Positions 48,255 through 61,492 of a DNA stretch of 64,000 nucleotides are shown piece after piece. The notes under the pieces are model-generated. The model searched no databases. It was given only the letters and a program-made list of their open reading frames with translations, and was not told where the DNA came from. Positions within the stretch are counted from its first letter, which is position 1, and every line of letters starts with the position of its first letter. Source of the DNA: Aquamicrobium sp. (lineage in GTDB: Bacteria; Pseudomonadota; Alphaproteobacteria; Rhizobiales; Rhizobiaceae); assembly GCA_047637695.1 (NCBI GenBank), contig JBLJBS010000012.1, positions 5,566 through 69,565 of the forward strand. Direction: 5' to 3'. The position numbers and the translations under genes are program-made.

Positions 48255-48258
48255 GACC

Positions 48259-48364
48259 TAAAGCATGTCGCCCGAAAGTGGGAACCGGTTTCGGGACAAC
48301 GACATGCGTAAAAACACGAGATTAAAGCGTGCGGAGCGAATCTGAAAGATCGCGACACGCTTTA
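48259..48364 (+). repeat. RIME1/Bru-RS-like rhizobial palindromic intergenic repeat, copy 1
   Basis: Two hairpin modules (GCATGTCG...CGACATGC; TAAAGCGTG...CACGCTTTA); similar inverted copy at 61371-61475. Confidence 0.85.
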
Positions 48365-48392
48365 ACCATGGACAGAGCCGTTGCCTTCGAAA

Positions 48393-48875
48393 CTATCCGA
48401 TCTTCAGCGCATCCTCGATGCGGCGGGCAAGATCGGCCAGCGCCTCGATATCGTCATGCCCGATCCTGTGTTCGATCTCGGCATAGACGTCCTCCAGCTC
48501 CGGTGCGATCCGCGCGATCAGATCGATGCCGGTCGGCGTGATGGCGACGAGAGCGGCACGCATGTCGCCCGCATCCTCGCCACGGGTGATGAGACCGCGG
48601 GCGCGCAGCGAGGCAATGATCCGCGACAGGCTGGAAACGTGAATCCTCGTGGCGGCGGAAACGTCACTCGGGCGGGCGGCTTTTCTGTCGGCCAGAAAGC
48701 GCAGGACCCGCCATTGCTGCTCGGAAAGATCGTGCAGACCGAGGACCGGGCGGAAGAGGGCCATCACCGCCTCGCGGGCACGCAGGATGGTGGCGGGAAG
48801 GGAGCGGCTCAAGGCCCGCAACCGCTGCTGCCGCTCCACGTCCGGCGGTGCGTGCCCCGCCTGGTCGGTCGTCAT
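48393..48875 (-). CDS. MarR-family regulator (HpaR-like)
   Basis: LRAREAVMALFRPVL..HDLSEQQWRVLRFL, SLSRII..L..RGLI.R. Confidence 0.88.
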   Translation of the reverse strand: MTTDQAGHAPPDVERQQRLRALSRSLPATILRAREAVMALFRPVLGLHDLSEQQWRVLRFLADRKAARPSDVSAATRIHVSSLSRIIASLRARGLITRGEDAGDMRAALVAITPTGIDLIARIAPELEDVYAEIEHRIGHDDIEALADLARRIEDALKIG

Positions 48876-49017
48876 CCGGATCCCCCTCGATGCCGTTTCG
48901 ATTCCGCCGCTTTCCTTACGCATGCAGGCCGCCCACTGCCGCGACGGCCATTCTTCCCGACAGCAAAGACACGGCAGAGATGAAGTCGAGCCGACGGGCG
49001 GCGCTCACCTCGCCACA

Positions 49018-49054
49018 ATAAAATGCGGCCGCCGCCCTCCCAGACGGCGGCCGC
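49018..49054 (-). terminator. Terminator of acs operon
   Basis: Minus strand GCGGCCGCCGUC-UGGGAG-GGCGGCGGCCGC-AUUUUAU. Confidence 0.65.
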
Positions 49055-49095
49055 GGCCTCCCCCCTCGCTCAGCCGGAATGCGGGAAGGCGTGTC

Positions 49096-51051
<1,956 letters not shown>

Positions 51052-51088
51052 ATTTCCTCCTCCGCAGCGCGCCCGCAGGTGTGCGCGG

Positions 51089-51853
51089 TCATATTGCGAG
51101 GTATTCATTCCTCAGTTGCGGGTTTTCGAGCAGTTCCTTCGCCGTGCCGGTGAACACGATCTGCCCCGTATCCATGATGACCGCCCGGTCCGAAAGACGC
51201 AATGCCGCAACGGCATTCTGTTCGACGATAATCGTCGTTATGCCGCGCTCCTTGATGCCGTAGACGATGCGCTCGATCTCCTGCACGATGACGGGAGCAA
51301 GCCCCTCATAGGGCTCGTCGAGAAGCAGCAGCTTGATGTTGCGGGCAAGCGCACGCGCGACCGCCAGCATTTGCTGCTCGCCGCCTGAAAGGGTCGTGCC
51401 TTCCTGCTTGCGCCGCTCGGCCAGCCGCGGGAAATGCTCGTAGATCTCGTCGAGTTCCATGCCGTGCCCGGGAGCAACGCGGGCGAGGACAAGGTTTTCC
51501 TCGACCGTCATGCCCTGGATGATGCGCCGGTCTTCCGGCACCAGCTGGATGCCTGCGCGCGACGCCTGCCACGATTTCTGGGTGTGAAGAGGTTCGCCTT
51601 CCAGCCAGATTTCCCCGCCCCGCAGTTCGGGATTGTCCATTCGCGCAATGGTTCGCAGCGCCGAGGTCTTGCCGGCCCCGTTCCGGCCGAGCAAAGCGAG
51701 GATCTCTCCCTTGCGGATATCGAGGCTGATGCCCTGAACGATATAGCTCTCGCCATAATAGGCGTGAATGTCGCGGACCGTGAAGAACTCCTTCGAAGGA
51801 TCCGCCGCAAGCGCCACCGTAGCGGCCTGACGTCTTTCCATCACCACACTCAT
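51089..51853 (-). CDS. ABC ATP-binding protein LivF-like
   Basis: [28 protein letters not shown]. Confidence 0.93.
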   Translation of the reverse strand: MSVVMERRQAATVALAADPSKEFFTVRDIHAYYGESYIVQGISLDIRKGEILALLGRNGAGKTSALRTIARMDNPELRGGEIWLEGEPLHTQKSWQASRAGIQLVPEDRRIIQGMTVEENLVLARVAPGHGMELDEIYEHFPRLAERRKQEGTTLSGGEQQMLAVARALARNIKLLLLDEPYEGLAPVIVQEIERIVYGIKERGITTIIVEQNAVAALRLSDRAVIMDTGQIVFTGTAKELLENPQLRNEYLAI

Positions 51854-52623
51854 TCGACGCTCCCACCGAGATAGGCTTCCTGCACGCGCGGATCTTCCTT
51901 GATTTGCTGCGGAAGGCCGCTCGCGATGATGCGCCCCTGCGCCAGAACCGAGATCTTGTCGGCCAGCGAGAAGACGACGTGCATGTCGTGCTCGATGATG
52001 ACCTTGGTCATGCCGCTGGATTTGATGCGCCGCAGCAGTTCGATCGTGGTGTTGGTGTCGTGGCGGCTCATGCCGGCGGTCGGCTCGTCGAGCAGCAACA
52101 GGCGCGGCTTCTGGATCAGGCACATGGCCAGTTCCATTCGCCGCTTGTCGCCGCGCGACAGCGAACCGGCATGATCATCCTTGCGGTCGATCAGGCCGAT
52201 ATCCTTGAGCAGGCTCTCGGCCTCATCGCGGATTTCATGCTCATTGTCGACCGAGCGCAGGATGTTGATCTTGAATGCGCCGTCGCGGCGGGCAAAGGCC
52301 GGGGCCATCACGTTCTGGAGCACCGACAGGTCGGCAAAGATTTCCGGCGTCTGAAACACGCGCGAGATGCCGAGCTGGTTGATTTCGTGCGGCGCCTTGC
52401 CGGTCAGAACGGTGCCATCGAAAATGACGGCGCCGCTTGTCGGGGGGATGCGACCGATGATGACGTTGAGAAGGGTCGATTTTCCCGCCCCGTTCGGGCC
52501 GATGATGGCGTGGGTCTTGCCCTCCTCGACCTGGAGATCGACATCGGAGAGTGCCCTTAGGCCGCCGAAATTCTTCTGAACGTCGGCCGCGTGAAGGACG
52601 ATGTTTGGCTCTGTCTGTATCAT
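51850..52623 (-). CDS. ABC ATP-binding protein LivG-like
   Basis: GPNGAGKST, LSRGDKRRMELA, IEHDM, EAYLG. Confidence 0.93.
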   Translation of the reverse strand: MIQTEPNIVLHAADVQKNFGGLRALSDVDLQVEEGKTHAIIGPNGAGKSTLLNVIIGRIPPTSGAVIFDGTVLTGKAPHEINQLGISRVFQTPEIFADLSVLQNVMAPAFARRDGAFKINILRSVDNEHEIRDEAESLLKDIGLIDRKDDHAGSLSRGDKRRMELAMCLIQKPRLLLLDEPTAGMSRHDTNTTIELLRRIKSSGMTKVIIEHDMHVVFSLADKISVLAQGRIIASGLPQQIKEDPRVQEAYLGGSVE

Positions 52624-52635
52624 TGCGGTCGCGTC

Positions 52636-53778
52636 CTATTCAGCCGGCTGCACGGATGTCGATTTTTCCGGCCTCGGCCGTTTGCGCCTGAAGCGGGCAA
52701 CCAGCTTCTGGAAGCCCTCGACAAGGCCGCCCGGCAGGAAGACGACGATGAGCACGAACAGCAGGCCGAGCGTCAGGTGCCAGCCTTCGCCAACGAACTT
52801 CGACAGCACCGTGACCACGAAGGACTGGACGCCGTCGGGCAGGAACGAGAAGAAGTTGTTGAGCATGTTCATGTTGATAGCCGAGAAGATGTTCTCGAAG
52901 TACTTGATCAGCCATGCGCCCACGACCGGCCCGAACAGGGTTCCGACACCGCCGAGGATGGTCATCAGCACCACATTGCCGGATTCCGTCCACTTCATGC
53001 GCTCGGCGCCGGCAAGCGGGTCGGTGATCGACAAAAGCGCGCCGGCGAGACCCGCGAACATGCCGGAGATGACGAAGGCCGCCAGCGTGTAGGGCTTGGT
53101 GTTGAAGCCGGTGTAGTTCATCCGCGTCTGGTTCGACTTGATGCCGCGCAGAGCCATGCCGAACGGCGAGGCGAAGATTTTCTGCGAGACGAAGAACGAC
53201 AGGATCAGCACCACCGCGCACAGATAGAAGCCACCATAGCCGCCGAGATAATTGCCGAGCAGGCTCGGCTGCGGCAGGCCGGCGAGATTCATCTGCGCCC
53301 CGAACAGCTGGTCGACGTAACGCGGGTCGCCACGCGCCAGCAGCAGGCCGGTTTCGCCGTTGGTGATGGGCGTCAGCACCGAATAGGCAAGGCTGTAGCT
53401 CATCTGCGCGAAAGCCAGCGTCAGGATCGAGAAATAGATGCCGGTGCGGCGCAGGCTGAAATAGCCGATGACGAGCGCGAACAGGCCGGCGACGATGACG
53501 GCGAAAACCATCGCCGGCAGGATGTCCATCGTCAGCAGCTTGAACGACCAGACCGTGGTGTAGGAGCCGACGCCGAGGAAGGCGGCGTGGCCGAAGGAGA
53601 GGTAGCCGGTCAGGCCGAACAGGATGTTGAAGCCGATGGCGAAGATCGCGTAGATGGCGAATTTCTGCATCAGGCCGGGATAGGCGGCGCCGAACGGCGC
53701 CAGCCAGATCGGCATCGTCAGCACCACGGCGGCGAAGACGACCAGCGCGAGAAGGTCCTTGCGGGAGAGTGAGAACAT
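52636..53778 (-). CDS. ABC permease LivM-like
   Basis: [36 protein letters not shown]. Confidence 0.93.
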   Translation of the reverse strand: MFSLSRKDLLALVVFAAVVLTMPIWLAPFGAAYPGLMQKFAIYAIFAIGFNILFGLTGYLSFGHAAFLGVGSYTTVWSFKLLTMDILPAMVFAVIVAGLFALVIGYFSLRRTGIYFSILTLAFAQMSYSLAYSVLTPITNGETGLLLARGDPRYVDQLFGAQMNLAGLPQPSLLGNYLGGYGGFYLCAVVLILSFFVSQKIFASPFGMALRGIKSNQTRMNYTGFNTKPYTLAAFVISGMFAGLAGALLSITDPLAGAERMKWTESGNVVLMTILGGVGTLFGPVVGAWLIKYFENIFSAINMNMLNNFFSFLPDGVQSFVVTVLSKFVGEGWHLTLGLLFVLIVVFLPGGLVEGFQKLVARFRRKRPRPEKSTSVQPAE

Positions 53779-53784
53779 GGCGGA

Positions 53785-54813
53785 TCAGCTCTCCATGACA
53801 CCGCGCCGTCCCATCAGGCCGCGCGGACGCACGAGCAGGATGATGACTGCGACGAGATAGATGATGACCTGGTCGATGCCGGGGATGAGGGTCTTAACCC
53901 CCGTCATCGATGCAAAGGATTGCAGGATGCCGAGCAGGAAGCCGGCGACGACCGCTCCGGGCAGAGAACCCATGCCGCCGACGACCACGACGACGAAGCT
54001 GAGCACGAGAAAATCCATGCCGAGATGGTAGTTGGGCGGCAATAGCGGCGTGTACATGACGCCGGCGACGCCGGCGACCACGGCGGCGAGGCCGAAGACG
54101 ATGGTGAAGCGGCGGTCGATGTCGATGCCGAGCAGGCCGACGGTCTCGCGATCGGCCATGCCGGCACGCACGACCATGCCGAATGTGGTGAACTGGAGGA
54201 AGGCGAAGACGCCACCGATGACCAGCAGGGAGAAGGCGAGATAGATCAGCCGCCACCACGGATAGGTCAGCACATGCGGATCCATGCCGAACATCACGCC
54301 GATATCGGCCGCGCCGCGCAGGTCGGTGGGGATCGGCTGCGGCACGGGATTGGCGCCGAAGAAGCTCTTGACGATTTCCTGAAGCACGATCGCCAGACCG
54401 AACGTCACCAGAATCTGCTCGGCATGGGTGCGCTTGTAGAAATGCTTGATCAGGCCGCGTTCCATGGCGATGCCGATCGCGGCCATCGCCGGAATGGCGA
54501 GCAGGATGGAGATCGGCACCGAATAATCGACGAGAACGGCGCCGAAATCGCCGAACCAGTTCTGGACCAGCGGCGTGCGGACTTCCAGCGGCGCTCCCCA
54601 GGGGGAAAGCTTTTCGGGATCGACCGTCACCGTCTCGATGGTGATCAGGTAGCGGAAGGTCACGGCGCAGAAACAGCCAAGCATGAACAGCGCGCCATGC
54701 GCGAAGTTCACCACGCCGAGCGTGCCGAAAACCAGTGTCAGGCCAAGAGCGATCAGCGCATAGGCGCCGCCCTTATCCAGCCCGTTGAGTAACTGGGCCA
54801 AGAACGCGTTCAT
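53785..54813 (-). CDS. ABC permease LivH-like
   Basis: ALGLTLVFGTLGVVNFAHG, VVVVGGMGSL. Confidence 0.93.
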   Translation of the reverse strand: MNAFLAQLLNGLDKGGAYALIALGLTLVFGTLGVVNFAHGALFMLGCFCAVTFRYLITIETVTVDPEKLSPWGAPLEVRTPLVQNWFGDFGAVLVDYSVPISILLAIPAMAAIGIAMERGLIKHFYKRTHAEQILVTFGLAIVLQEIVKSFFGANPVPQPIPTDLRGAADIGVMFGMDPHVLTYPWWRLIYLAFSLLVIGGVFAFLQFTTFGMVVRAGMADRETVGLLGIDIDRRFTIVFGLAAVVAGVAGVMYTPLLPPNYHLGMDFLVLSFVVVVVGGMGSLPGAVVAGFLLGILQSFASMTGVKTLIPGIDQVIIYLVAVIILLVRPRGLMGRRGVMES

Positions 54814-54908
54814 CTAAAATCCCTCTGATGCGGGGCAAGCGCCGCCATGCGAGACAGGCCGGGAAACCCGGCAGCCATTGCCGGCCGCCGGGTTGTCGCC
54901 ATGTCAGA

Positions 54909-56252
54909 TCAGCACTTGTTGGGCTCGTAAGGTCCGAGTTCGCCGCCGAAGATCGACGGGTCGTAGGTGACCTCCTCGCGTGCGGTCGAACCGATCACGT
55001 TCAGCACGTCGAAACGGCTGGTCGGATTTTCGTTGCCGCGCACGACCAGAACTTCCTTGAAGCACTGGTGGTCGGTGTCGCGATAGAGCGTCGGGCCGTT
55101 GCCCATGCCGTCGAATTCGAAGCCCTCGAGCGCCTTGATGACTTCCGGCGGATAGAAGGTTCCCGCGCGCTCGACGGCATCGGCGTAAAGAATGGCCTGA
55201 ACATAACCGGTATGGGCCGACTGCGACGGCGGCTGGCCATAGGCCTGGCCGTAGGACTTGGTGAAGGCCTGGGTGCCCTCGTCCTGCAACGACCACTGCC
55301 AGTTGGAGGTGCCGATGATGCCCTTCACCGCCTCGCCGGCGCCGACGGCCATCAGCTCGGAGAACATCGGCACGACGATCTCGAACTGCTTGCCGTTGGC
55401 CTGGCGGTCGCGCAGGCCGAACTGCACCGCCTGCGGCAGCGAGTTGACCATGTCGTGGCCGTAATGGTTGAGGATCAGCACGTCGGCGCCGGAATTGAGA
55501 ACCGGCGTCAGGTACTGCGAATAGTCGCCGAGGCCGAGCGGCGTGCGCACGGTTGCCACGGTCTCCCAGCCGAGGGCCTCGGTCGCGTTCTTGATCGATT
55601 CTTCCTGCGTCCAGCCCCAGGTGTAGTCGGCCGTCAGGTGATAGGCGCGGCGGTCGGTGCCGTATTCCTTGGCCAGCACCGGGGCGATGGCGACGCCCGA
55701 CTGGTAGGCGTTGAAGAAGTGGCGGAAGCCGTAGCGGCGCTTGTCCTTGCCGGTGGTGTCGTTGGAGTGGGTCAGGCCGGACATGTAGATGACGCCCATT
55801 TCCTGGCACAGCGCCTGCTGGGCGATGGCCTCGCCCGACGTCACCGAGCCGGTGACCATGATGGCGCCGTCGCGCTCGATCATGCGCCGCGCGCCGTCGC
55901 GGGCGGCGTCGGTGTTGGTCTGGGTGTCGCCGGTGACGTATTCGACCTTCTTGCCGAGAACGCCGTTGCCCTTGAGCGCGGAGGGCTTCAGCGTATTCAG
56001 CAGGCCGCCGTCGCCTTCGCCGTTGATGTGCTTGACGGCGAGTTCATAGCCCTTGAGCTGCTCCATCCCCTCCTCGGCATAAGAGCCTGTCTGGGGGACG
56101 TTGAAGCCGAAGATGATCTTGCCCTTCGAAGGGTCGTTGCAGAAATCCTGGGCCCAGGCCCCTCTGGTAAAGATGGTCGGAGCACCGAGCGCGACAATGC
56201 CGGCGCCGGCTCCCCTGAGCACGCTTCTTCTGCTGATCTTGAATTTCGTCAT
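54909..56252 (-). CDS. HAAT-family ABC substrate-binding protein with Tat signal (probable acetate/short-chain acid uptake)
   Basis: SRRSVLRG Tat motif, VPQTGSYA, ADYTWG; first gene of the operon ending in acs. Confidence 0.88.
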   Translation of the reverse strand: MTKFKISRRSVLRGAGAGIVALGAPTIFTRGAWAQDFCNDPSKGKIIFGFNVPQTGSYAEEGMEQLKGYELAVKHINGEGDGGLLNTLKPSALKGNGVLGKKVEYVTGDTQTNTDAARDGARRMIERDGAIMVTGSVTSGEAIAQQALCQEMGVIYMSGLTHSNDTTGKDKRRYGFRHFFNAYQSGVAIAPVLAKEYGTDRRAYHLTADYTWGWTQEESIKNATEALGWETVATVRTPLGLGDYSQYLTPVLNSGADVLILNHYGHDMVNSLPQAVQFGLRDRQANGKQFEIVVPMFSELMAVGAGEAVKGIIGTSNWQWSLQDEGTQAFTKSYGQAYGQPPSQSAHTGYVQAILYADAVERAGTFYPPEVIKALEGFEFDGMGNGPTLYRDTDHQCFKEVLVVRGNENPTSRFDVLNVIGSTAREEVTYDPSIFGGELGPYEPNKC

Positions 56253-56349
56253 GTCTTTTCCTCCACGCGACGCGCCCTCCCGGCGGTGCGTGAAAGAGAC
56301 TGTCATAAAAAGTCATAAACTCAATATCTAATTGACAGATAAGGAATTT

Positions 56350-56400
56350 TTTGTAAATTTATCAGTATCTGTAAAGTTGAATCAGTCAATAATTTACAAA
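56350..56400. promoter_or_regulatory. Putative ScfR/RamB-family operator sites
   Basis: TTTGTAAA (56350), TCTGTAAA (56368), TTTACAAA (56393) resemble the TTTGCAAA box; AT-rich divergent promoter. Confidence 0.55.
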
Positions 56401-56415
56401 AGGCCGAGTGCCGAT

Positions 56416-57945
56416 TTGAGCCGGGGACGCACACCGATCGGCGCGCGCATCAAGCGCAAGCGCCTTCAGGCAGGCCTGTCGCAGGTGGCGCTGTCACAGG
56501 CGCTCGGCATCTCTGCGAGCTACCTCAACCTGATCGAGAACAACAAGCGCGCCATCGGCGGCACGCTGCTGCTGCGCATCGGCGAGCGGCTCGGCATCGA
56601 CCTCGAGCACCTGTCCGGCGACAGCGAGGCGCGCATCATCGGCACGATCGGCGAGTTGATGGGCGACCCGGCGATGAAAGGCATCGACATCGACGCCGAT
56701 GCGGTGCGCGACCTCGTTGCCCGCTTTCCCGAGGCGGGTGCCGCACTTGCCCGCCTCTATCGCGCCTATGCCGACGCCAATGCCGAGATTGAGGTGCTTC
56801 AGCACCGGCTGAAGTCCGACCCGCTGCTGTCGCAGCTTCTCCACCCCATCCTCAACCGCATCGCCGGCATCAAGTCCGGCGCGGAGATCCTCGAGGGCAT
56901 TTCCGACCTGACGGACGAGGAACGCCGCCGGTTCATAGGCACCATCAACAGCGAGGCGCGCGAGCTGGTGCCCTCGATGCAGAGCCTCGTCGACTATTTC
57001 GACCAGTCGGCGGCGCGGCAGAAGCGGTTCTCGCCCATCCTCGAACTCGACGAGGCGATCGTCGCCAACAACAACCATTTCCCGCGCCTCGAGGACGCGG
57101 CGGCGATGTTGCGGACCGAGATCGAGACAGGCGGGCGGCTGGAGGCGGAGACGATCGCCAGCGCCCTGAAGCGCCGTTTCGGCGTCACCTGCCGCCTCGC
57201 TTCGACCGGGGGCGTGCGCCTGGAGGAAGGCGAGGCGGTCCTGACGTTCCCCGAATTCATGCCGCGCGCGGGCCGCATCTTCCGGATGCTGCGCCTCTAT
57301 GCCCTGCGTGCGGCCGGCGACGCGATCGAGGCGACGCTGGGCGGGCTGGAGCTGACCTCCGAGGAGGCGCGCACGCTCGCCCGGCGGGCGCTGTCCTCCT
57401 ATGTCGCCGGCGCGATGATGATGCCTTATGACAGCTTCCTCGCAATGGCCGAGGAACGGCGATACGATGCCGGCCTGATCAGTCAGATACTGGGCGTCAG
57501 CTTCGAGCAGGTGGCCCACCGCTTCGTCACGCTGCGCCGCAAGGGCAGCGAAGGCGTGCCGTTCGGCTTCGTGCGCGCCGACAATTCCGGCCGGCTGACC
57601 AAGCGCTTTCCGCTGCCCGGCCTCAACATACCCGGCTTCGGTCACGGCTGCCTGCTGTGGCCGCTGTACACGGCATTCTTCGAGCGCGGGCTGGTGCGCC
57701 AGGTCTGCGCCTTTCCCGGCGGCGCCCGCTTCCTGCTCGTGGCGGAGGCGACGTCAAGGCATGTCGCCGGCTTCGGCGCGCCGCCGCTGGTGTTCTCCGT
57801 AATGCTGGCCTGCGACATCATCCATGCCGACCGCACGGTCTACGGAAAGGGGCTGGACCTTAGCCAGCCGCCGGTCGAGGTCGGGCCGGCCTGCATGCTG
57901 TGTCCGCGTCTGGATTGCAGCCATCGCCAGGAAATCCCGGCCTGA
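56416..57945 (+). CDS. Short-chain fatty acyl-CoA regulator (ScfR/RamB/PrpR/PccR family) with HisKA-like insert
   Basis: XRE HTH (SQVALSQALGISASYLNLIENNKR), NNHFPRLE, AGAMMMPY, VSFEQVAHR, GCLLWP, CMLCPRLDC; TTG start inferred. Confidence 0.9.
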   Translation: MSRGRTPIGARIKRKRLQAGLSQVALSQALGISASYLNLIENNKRAIGGTLLLRIGERLGIDLEHLSGDSEARIIGTIGELMGDPAMKGIDIDADAVRDLVARFPEAGAALARLYRAYADANAEIEVLQHRLKSDPLLSQLLHPILNRIAGIKSGAEILEGISDLTDEERRRFIGTINSEARELVPSMQSLVDYFDQSAARQKRFSPILELDEAIVANNNHFPRLEDAAAMLRTEIETGGRLEAETIASALKRRFGVTCRLASTGGVRLEEGEAVLTFPEFMPRAGRIFRMLRLYALRAAGDAIEATLGGLELTSEEARTLARRALSSYVAGAMMMPYDSFLAMAEERRYDAGLISQILGVSFEQVAHRFVTLRRKGSEGVPFGFVRADNSGRLTKRFPLPGLNIPGFGHGCLLWPLYTAFFERGLVRQVCAFPGGARFLLVAEATSRHVAGFGAPPLVFSVMLACDIIHADRTVYGKGLDLSQPPVEVGPACMLCPRLDCSHRQEIPA

Positions 57946-57980
57946 GCCGGAGCATCGGCTCAATGCGGGAAATACCGGCT

Positions 57981-58364
57981 TCAGGCCCGAATCGGCAATG
58001 CGGGCTCGAGAACGCGACGAACGGCGGCGACGATGTCGGTGTTGGCATAGGGCTTGGTGATGAAACCGTCCGCCTTCAGGTCTTCCGCCGCCTGCCGGTC
58101 ATATCGCTGGCCGCGCGCGGTCAGCATCAGCACCGACGTGTCGCGCAACGTCTCGTCCGCCCGCATCTCGCGCAGCACGTCGAGCCCGTTGCGTCGCGGG
58201 ATCATGATGTCGAGCAGCACCATGCGCGGCCGGTAGCGATGGGCCGCCGCGAGCGCGGCGTCGCCATCGCGGGCAAGCCCGACCGTCCAGCCGCAGCGCT
58301 TCAGGATGAATTCCAGCGATTCCATGATCGCCGGCTCGTCTTCGACGATAAGGATGTCCGTCAT
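57981..58364 (-). CDS. Single-domain response regulator (receiver only)
   Basis: ILIVEDE, VLLDIMIP (phospho-Asp), LMLTA, ITKPY; SD GGGAGGGG. Confidence 0.92.
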   Translation of the reverse strand: MTDILIVEDEPAIMESLEFILKRCGWTVGLARDGDAALAAAHRYRPRMVLLDIMIPRRNGLDVLREMRADETLRDTSVLMLTARGQRYDRQAAEDLKADGFITKPYANTDIVAAVRRVLEPALPIRA

Positions 58365-58548
58365 CACAACAGCCCCTCCCAAGACTGTGTGCGACCGCGC
58401 CGGCTTCTCGACCCGGAATTGGGGATACGCCAAATCCTCGGACGGCGCCGACCAGCCGCCGTTCCGGTTTCCGCCTATTAACGGATGCTAAGATGCGTGA
58501 AAAATCAAGCCCCGGAACGAATTCCCGGCCGCGCGGCGGAAGCTGGCG

Positions 58549-59535
58549 CTATATCCGCGCGGCCTCGGCGAGAATTTCATAGGAGCGAACCCTCGCCGCA
58601 TGATCGAAAACCTGCGCCGCGACCATGAGCTCGTCCGCCCCGGTACGGGCGGCGAACGCTTCCAGCCCCTGCCGGACCGTTTCGCGCGAGCCGACGATCG
58701 CCGTCGACAGCGTCTGGGCGAGCATAGCGCGCGCCATCGGCTCCAATGTCTCGCCATATCCCGCCACCGGCGGCGGCAGCTTTCCCGGCCGCCCGGTCCT
58801 CAGATTGACGAAGGCCTGCTGCAGCGAGGTGAAGAGCAGCCGCGCCTCGTCGTCGGTCGCGGCCGCCACCACGTTCACCCCCAGCATCGCATAGGGCCTG
58901 TCGAGATATTGCGACGGCTGGAAGCGGGCGCGATAGATCTCGAGCGCGCGCTCCATCTCGGCCGGCGCGAAATGCGAGGCGAAGGCGTAGGGCAGGCCGA
59001 GCATCGCGGCGAGTTGCGCGCCGTAGAGGCTGGAGCCGAGAACCCATACCGGCACCTTCAGTCCGGCGCCCGGCACGGCCCGCACCAGCTGGCCTTCGAC
59101 TTCCGGCTCGAAATAGGAAATCAGCTCGACCACGTCGTTGGGGAAGGAATCGATGTCGGCGTTCATGTTGCGGCGTAGCGCATGGGCGGTGCGGCCATCG
59201 GTTCCGGGCGCGCGGCCGATCCCCAGATCGATGCGGCCGGGATGCAGCGCCTCGAGCGTGCCGAAGGCTTCGGCCACCATCAGCGGCGAGTGGTTGGGCA
59301 GCATGATACCGCCGGCCCCGACGCGAATGGTCGAGGTTCCGGCGGCGACATGGGCAATGACCACGGCAGTCGCCGCGCTGGCGATACCCGGCATGTTGTG
59401 ATGCTCGGCCAGCCAGTAGCGGCGATAGCCGAGCCTCTCGGCATGACGGGCGAGATCGAGCGTGTTGGCCAGCGAGGCGGAAACGTCGCTGCCTTCAGGC
59501 ACGGGCGAAAGGTCGAGAACGGAGAGCGGTATCAT
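58549..59535 (-). CDS. LLM-class flavin-dependent oxidoreductase (YhbW-like)
   Basis: [35 protein letters not shown]. Confidence 0.93.
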   Translation of the reverse strand: MIPLSVLDLSPVPEGSDVSASLANTLDLARHAERLGYRRYWLAEHHNMPGIASAATAVVIAHVAAGTSTIRVGAGGIMLPNHSPLMVAEAFGTLEALHPGRIDLGIGRAPGTDGRTAHALRRNMNADIDSFPNDVVELISYFEPEVEGQLVRAVPGAGLKVPVWVLGSSLYGAQLAAMLGLPYAFASHFAPAEMERALEIYRARFQPSQYLDRPYAMLGVNVVAAATDDEARLLFTSLQQAFVNLRTGRPGKLPPPVAGYGETLEPMARAMLAQTLSTAIVGSRETVRQGLEAFAARTGADELMVAAQVFDHAARVRSYEILAEAARI

Positions 59536-59605
59536 CGCGCCGATATAGGGTGCCGCCTCGTCTTCACCAAGCACTAGGCGACAGGCAAATCATGTGCCTG
59601 CCGCC

Positions 59606-59654
59606 TCGATCGCGATGAACTCAGGCTTCATCAACCTGAATTCATCGCGATCGA
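59606..59654. repeat. REP-like intergenic palindrome
   Basis: TCGATCGCGATGAACTCAGG-N9-CCTGAATTCATCGCGATCGA, 20-bp arms with 1 mismatch, no U tail. Confidence 0.75.
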
Positions 59655-59693
59655 TTCCAGGAGACAGAGCGGGATGCTGGCGGAAAACCGCGC

Positions 59694-60743
<1,050 letters not shown>

Positions 60744-60833
60744 GATGAACGCTCCGGTTTCGTTGCGGCAGAGTTAGGCGTGCAGGCCGGGATGCGCCAG
60801 TGGCAGCCGGGAGACGGGGTGTGAACAGGCTGT

Positions 60834-61319
60834 CTACCGCCCCAGCACCATCGCCCAGTAGCGGCGGCCGCTGCCGTCAGCGGCATGGGCAAGTCCGTAG
60901 CGGCCGAAACGCGGATCGAGCATGTTTCGCCGGTGGCCGGGCGATTCCATCCACATCGAAAACACCCGTTCCATCTCCATCCGGCCATGAGCGAGATTCT
61001 CGGCGGCAGGCGCGTCGACGCCGTCCTGCTTCATCCGCGCGGCGAAGTCGCGGCCGGGGCCGGTCGTGTGCTCCATCCTGCCCGACTGCGCCATATAGAG
61101 GGCCTGGCGACGGGCCGCTTTCTCCAGCCTGTCGTCAGGCATGAGCGCGGACAATCCGGCGGTGGCGCGGGCCCGCCGCACATGGGCGGCGGCAGAGGCC
61201 GAGACACCGGCCGAGGATGCCTCGCGCGGCCACCAATCGCTCGTCTGGCAGCCAGCGAGAACGAAAAGGGCGCAAAGCGCGGCGGCGCGGAAGGCGGGAG
61301 CGAGAACGGAAGCTGTCAT
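60834..61319 (-). CDS. CAP/SCP-domain lipoprotein
   Basis: Lipobox LAGC; AENLA, WMESPGHRRNML, YW motifs. Confidence 0.9.
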   Translation of the reverse strand: MTASVLAPAFRAAALCALFVLAGCQTSDWWPREASSAGVSASAAAHVRRARATAGLSALMPDDRLEKAARRQALYMAQSGRMEHTTGPGRDFAARMKQDGVDAPAAENLAHGRMEMERVFSMWMESPGHRRNMLDPRFGRYGLAHAADGSGRRYWAMVLGR

Positions 61320-61370
61320 CGCCCCATCAGATCGTACCGCGGCTGGCGCGCGTCAAGCCGCGCGATGCAC

Positions 61371-61475
61371 TCAAGCGTGTCGCGATCTTCAGGATCGTTC
61401 CGCGCGCTTCAAGCTCTTGTCTTTGCGCATGTCGGTATCCCCGAAACCGGTTTCCACTCTCGGGCGACATGCTTT
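61371..61475 (-). repeat. RIME1/Bru-RS-like repeat, copy 2
   Basis: Reverse complement AAAGCATGTCGCCCGAGAGTGGAAACCGGTTTCGGG...GATCGCGACACGCTTGA aligns with 48259-48364. Confidence 0.85.
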
Positions 61476-61492
61476 CGATGGCGAAGGCTCGA

